The notes beneath the pieces were generated by a model. That model was given only the letters and a program-made list of their open reading frames with translations. It was not told where the DNA came from and searched no databases. A stretch of 63,467 nucleotides of DNA, counting the filler, from Pelomyxa schiedti (Eukaryota > Protista > Evosea): NCBI GenBank assembly GCA_020536535.1. It is 6 parts of 6 records of this genome, joined end to end, with 100 filler letters (N's around TTAATTAATTAA, not from the genome) between each part and the next. Parts side by side here need not be neighbours in the genome. Positions count along the whole stretch, not along the records: positions 46,077 to 63,467 come from JAHLWZ010001131.1; 5 more parts are not named here. One strand, given 5' to 3'. Position numbers and translations under genes: made by a program. Shown here one piece after another: positions 60,807-63,467 of this stretch; the first letter of the stretch is position 1; the number at the start of each line of letters is the position of its first letter.

Positions 60807-63079
60807 ATGAGCCGAGGTGCCAACCAAAAGGCGATGGATCACGCGGTGTTCGTGTCGCACGTTGTGTGGGCGCACGTGGTGCCCGTGTGGATGAGGCACT
60901 CCAAGAACGAGAAATGGACGACAACGTCGTGGCTCGTTGCGGTGGGGGAGGCCCTGTGGCCCCTCGTGCCCCTCGCATGCCGCGCCGTCGTGGGGCTGCC
61001 GATGTGGCGCTCGGGGCGCAGCACGAGGCTGCGGTTGGCCTCGGCGGTCGGCGCCAGGTCGTGCGTCAGGTGGTTCCTGAGGAACATGCCTCGGGCGGAA
61101 GAGGAACGTGGGGCCACCGACGGCGACGACGGCGCCAGTTGCTGCAATTGCGGCGGCGGTGGCGGGGCGAGGGGGCACAAGGAAAAGGAGTTGTTGGCGG
61201 TGCTCGCGGGGCTGTGTGCTGGCGGGCACCTCGAGTTGGCAAAGGCACTTGTCGGGGAACGCTCACTGCAAGAAGGAGGAGATGGAGATGGAGATGGAAG
61301 TGGCGGCGTTCCGGTTCCCGCCACCGGAATTGTGGGAGGATGCTCGCAGCAGCTCACGAGGTGGTGGCGGGACGAGTGCGGGCTGGTGTGGCCCGACGAC
61401 GACAGGGACGTGGTGGAGCTCATCAGGAGCCGCACGGGTGAGAATTCGCTGCTGTACAGGGTGTGCCAGGGAGGCCACATCGAGGCGGCCAAGTGGGTGG
61501 TGGAGAGGTTCCGGATCACCGAATTGTGGGAGGCCGTGGAGCCGCTGCTGGGCGCATTGTCACACGGGCACCTCGCTGTTGCACAGTGGTTGTACGATGA
61601 GTTCCCCGGATGCGGTGAGTTGATGCAACGCGTGGGTGTTGATGCGAGGTCGGTGTTTCACAGCGTTGAGGTTGTTGAGTGGGCTATGGAGAGGTTCCCT
61701 CGGTGTCTCCAATGTGAGGATCCGAAGTACTTGATTCCGGTGGTGTGTGCTGGCGCGCATCCTGACGATCGTGAAACATTGGGGCTTTGCAAGTGGGTGA
61801 AGGAGAAGTTCTCACTGGATAAGGTTGACATACGCTACCTCACTCACCTCACAGGTGTGCTGAAGTGGGCAGTGTCTGCCTTCAATATCGAGCTGACCAC
61901 CGAGACTGTTCTCAGTTTCTCGTCAAGGTTCAATCCTGATTTCATTCAGTGGGCTGTGATTGAAAAGAACATCTCTCCGACCACCGAGTTGTTCAGGAAG
62001 ACATGCAAAAACCACTATTGCACTGTTTCACATGTGAAGTGGTTGATGGAGAGGACACCACCACTCACAAGGGAACAACTCCAAAAGTCGTTGCTTGGTG
62101 CTCTGGAATGCAACAACTTGGAAGTTGCTGTGTGGTTGGATGATTCATTCCACCTCATGGAAGAGATCAGTGCAGACAGCAAGTCTCTGGTGCCTTCTTT
62201 TTTGGAAGTGTGGAAGAATGCAAGAGGAACCACAGGCACCAAGTGGTTTCTTCAGCACATTTCGTCGTTGCAAATGATCCCTGAATCCTCAGTTGTGCAA
62301 GTACTCAAAGAGTCACGTGACTTTGAGCTTATTTCACTGTTGCTGGAGACATTTCACCTCAACTCCTCACTCCTGAAGCACATATGGAAACAAACAGAAA
62401 TGAACGTTCGCCTGGGAGAAGCTTCTGTGTGGGGAGGCATACCAGAAATCAAGCAGTGGATTTCGTGGATGGGAGAGGATGCTATCACCAAAGAATACAT
62501 CTCTCAATTCCTTGTGGTTGATGACATGTGGGTGGGTGTTTCCAGCAAAGTTATGAAGTGGTTCATTGTTCATTATGCACTTGAGAGCGAGCAAGTCAAG
62601 GCAAACGACAACTTGGTTCTCTTCAAATTGATTTACAAGGGCAAGAACCATTGTGCAGAGTGGATCATAAAGAACTTTGGTGTCACGTACCCTGAGGTAT
62701 TCACAACAGCTCCTTTCTGAAAAACAAACAAAAAAAAAAAATCTACCCACACAAAAAAAAAAAGGTGATCAAGATGATAGCGAAGTGGGGAGGAAGGTCC
62801 CCTTTCAGAGTAGACCTGAGAACGTGGCAGCTTCTTCTGAGGAACTTCCCGAGCCTGACTCCTGACGTTGTAAGGGATCACTTTTTGACCCTGGCACTGA
62901 GCTCGCCAGCCACTGCAAAGTTTGTTCTGCGAACCTTCCCAACCATCACAAAGGCTGACATGAGAGTCCACGCATCCACCTGCACAAGCCTTTTCATCAA
63001 TTTCTCCAACGAGACACTCTTGTGGCTTGATGAGGATTCAAGGCGCGGGGTTACAGGAAGAGTGTATCGGCATCTTTGA
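60807..63079 (+). CDS. Expanded ankyrin-like repeat family protein (one intron, about 62697-62763)
   Basis: 637-aa first-exon ORF with GGHLELAKAL, GGHIEAAKWV, HGHLAVAQWL and CNNLEVAVWL. The GT-AG intron continues into VIKMIAKW..YRHL*. Confidence 0.78.
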
Positions 63080-63467
63080 ATACCAACTCACTCACTGCAA
63101 TGCCGATGCGACCGACCACGCAGAAAATTGCTAGGCTGGCTGCACAAGGGAGGAGAAAGAGCCAAAAACGGGAAGAAAGAACCATTTCAGTTTCTTTTCG
63201 GTCCGCATGTTGTTACATTCTACAGTTTAAGTACAGGAATGGAGCATGACCACACATAGTCAATAATCATCTGAAGGAGGGGAAGAGGAAGACAATTGAG
63301 CGGGCTGTTGCTGTCTTTCCACCCAATCAGCAGCGGTTTCAGCTCTTGCACCCTAAAGTCAAAGTGTTCCCACCCTCCAGTAAATGGGTCCACTTTGGGA
63401 GAAAAGCCCCACAGTGGTTACGCTTTGAGCAATTTGGAGAGCCACAGATCGGGATCACCCTGTTCCA

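Noticed and set aside
1-63467. rRNA, tRNA or other structured ncRNA genes
   Set aside because: None recognised by eye. The only tRNA-related signal is the 14-nt PBS. tRNAscan-SE and Infernal would be needed to exclude them.

Overview
This is eukaryotic protist DNA: compact, about 45% GC by eye, with many short GT-AG introns. It is not one locus. Five artificial 100-nt spacers (44N-TTAATTAATTAA-44N) join six unrelated pieces: A 1-10681, B 10782-14170, C 14271-17006, D 17107-30008, E 30109-45976 and F 46077-63467. There are also two plain 100-N scaffold gaps. Gene content (an Entamoeba-type transmembrane kinase, an expanded ankyrin-like family, lineage-specific kinases) suggests a free-living archamoeba such as Pelomyxa; this is an inference. 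Recognisable genes are a HAD-IIA phosphatase, alpha-carbonic anhydrase, an ARM protein ending in CaaX, an ERMP1-like M28 peptidase, a RING-B-box-coiled-coil-FN3-Gly-rich (TRIM-like) protein, an UNC-93-like MFS transporter, a receptor kinase with periplasmic-binding-protein-like ectodomains, an FKBP15-like/kinase fusion, DUF885, a GH1 beta-glucosidase, a LIM protein and a BAG6-like UBL protein. Piece D carries a nest of dead transposons (CRE-like non-LTR, Ty3/Gypsy, Helitron). The most striking signal is a family of FN3 + discoidin-like terminal exons in piece E. Two 572-bp copies are identical over long tracts but differ in four short loop patches. The differences are mostly non-synonymous (24 of 29 substitutions) and mostly involve adenine at codon positions 1-2 of AAC-like codons. 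This resembles DGR-like or cassette-type targeted diversification, but no template or DGR RT is visible here, and ordinary diversifying selection plus CpG decay is not excluded. Other notable points are extreme CpG depletion in relic DNA, a clean 117-bp inversion between 16-bp inverted repeats inside gag, and an inverted duplication inside a kinase gene. Multi-exon gene boundaries were read by eye and are approximate.
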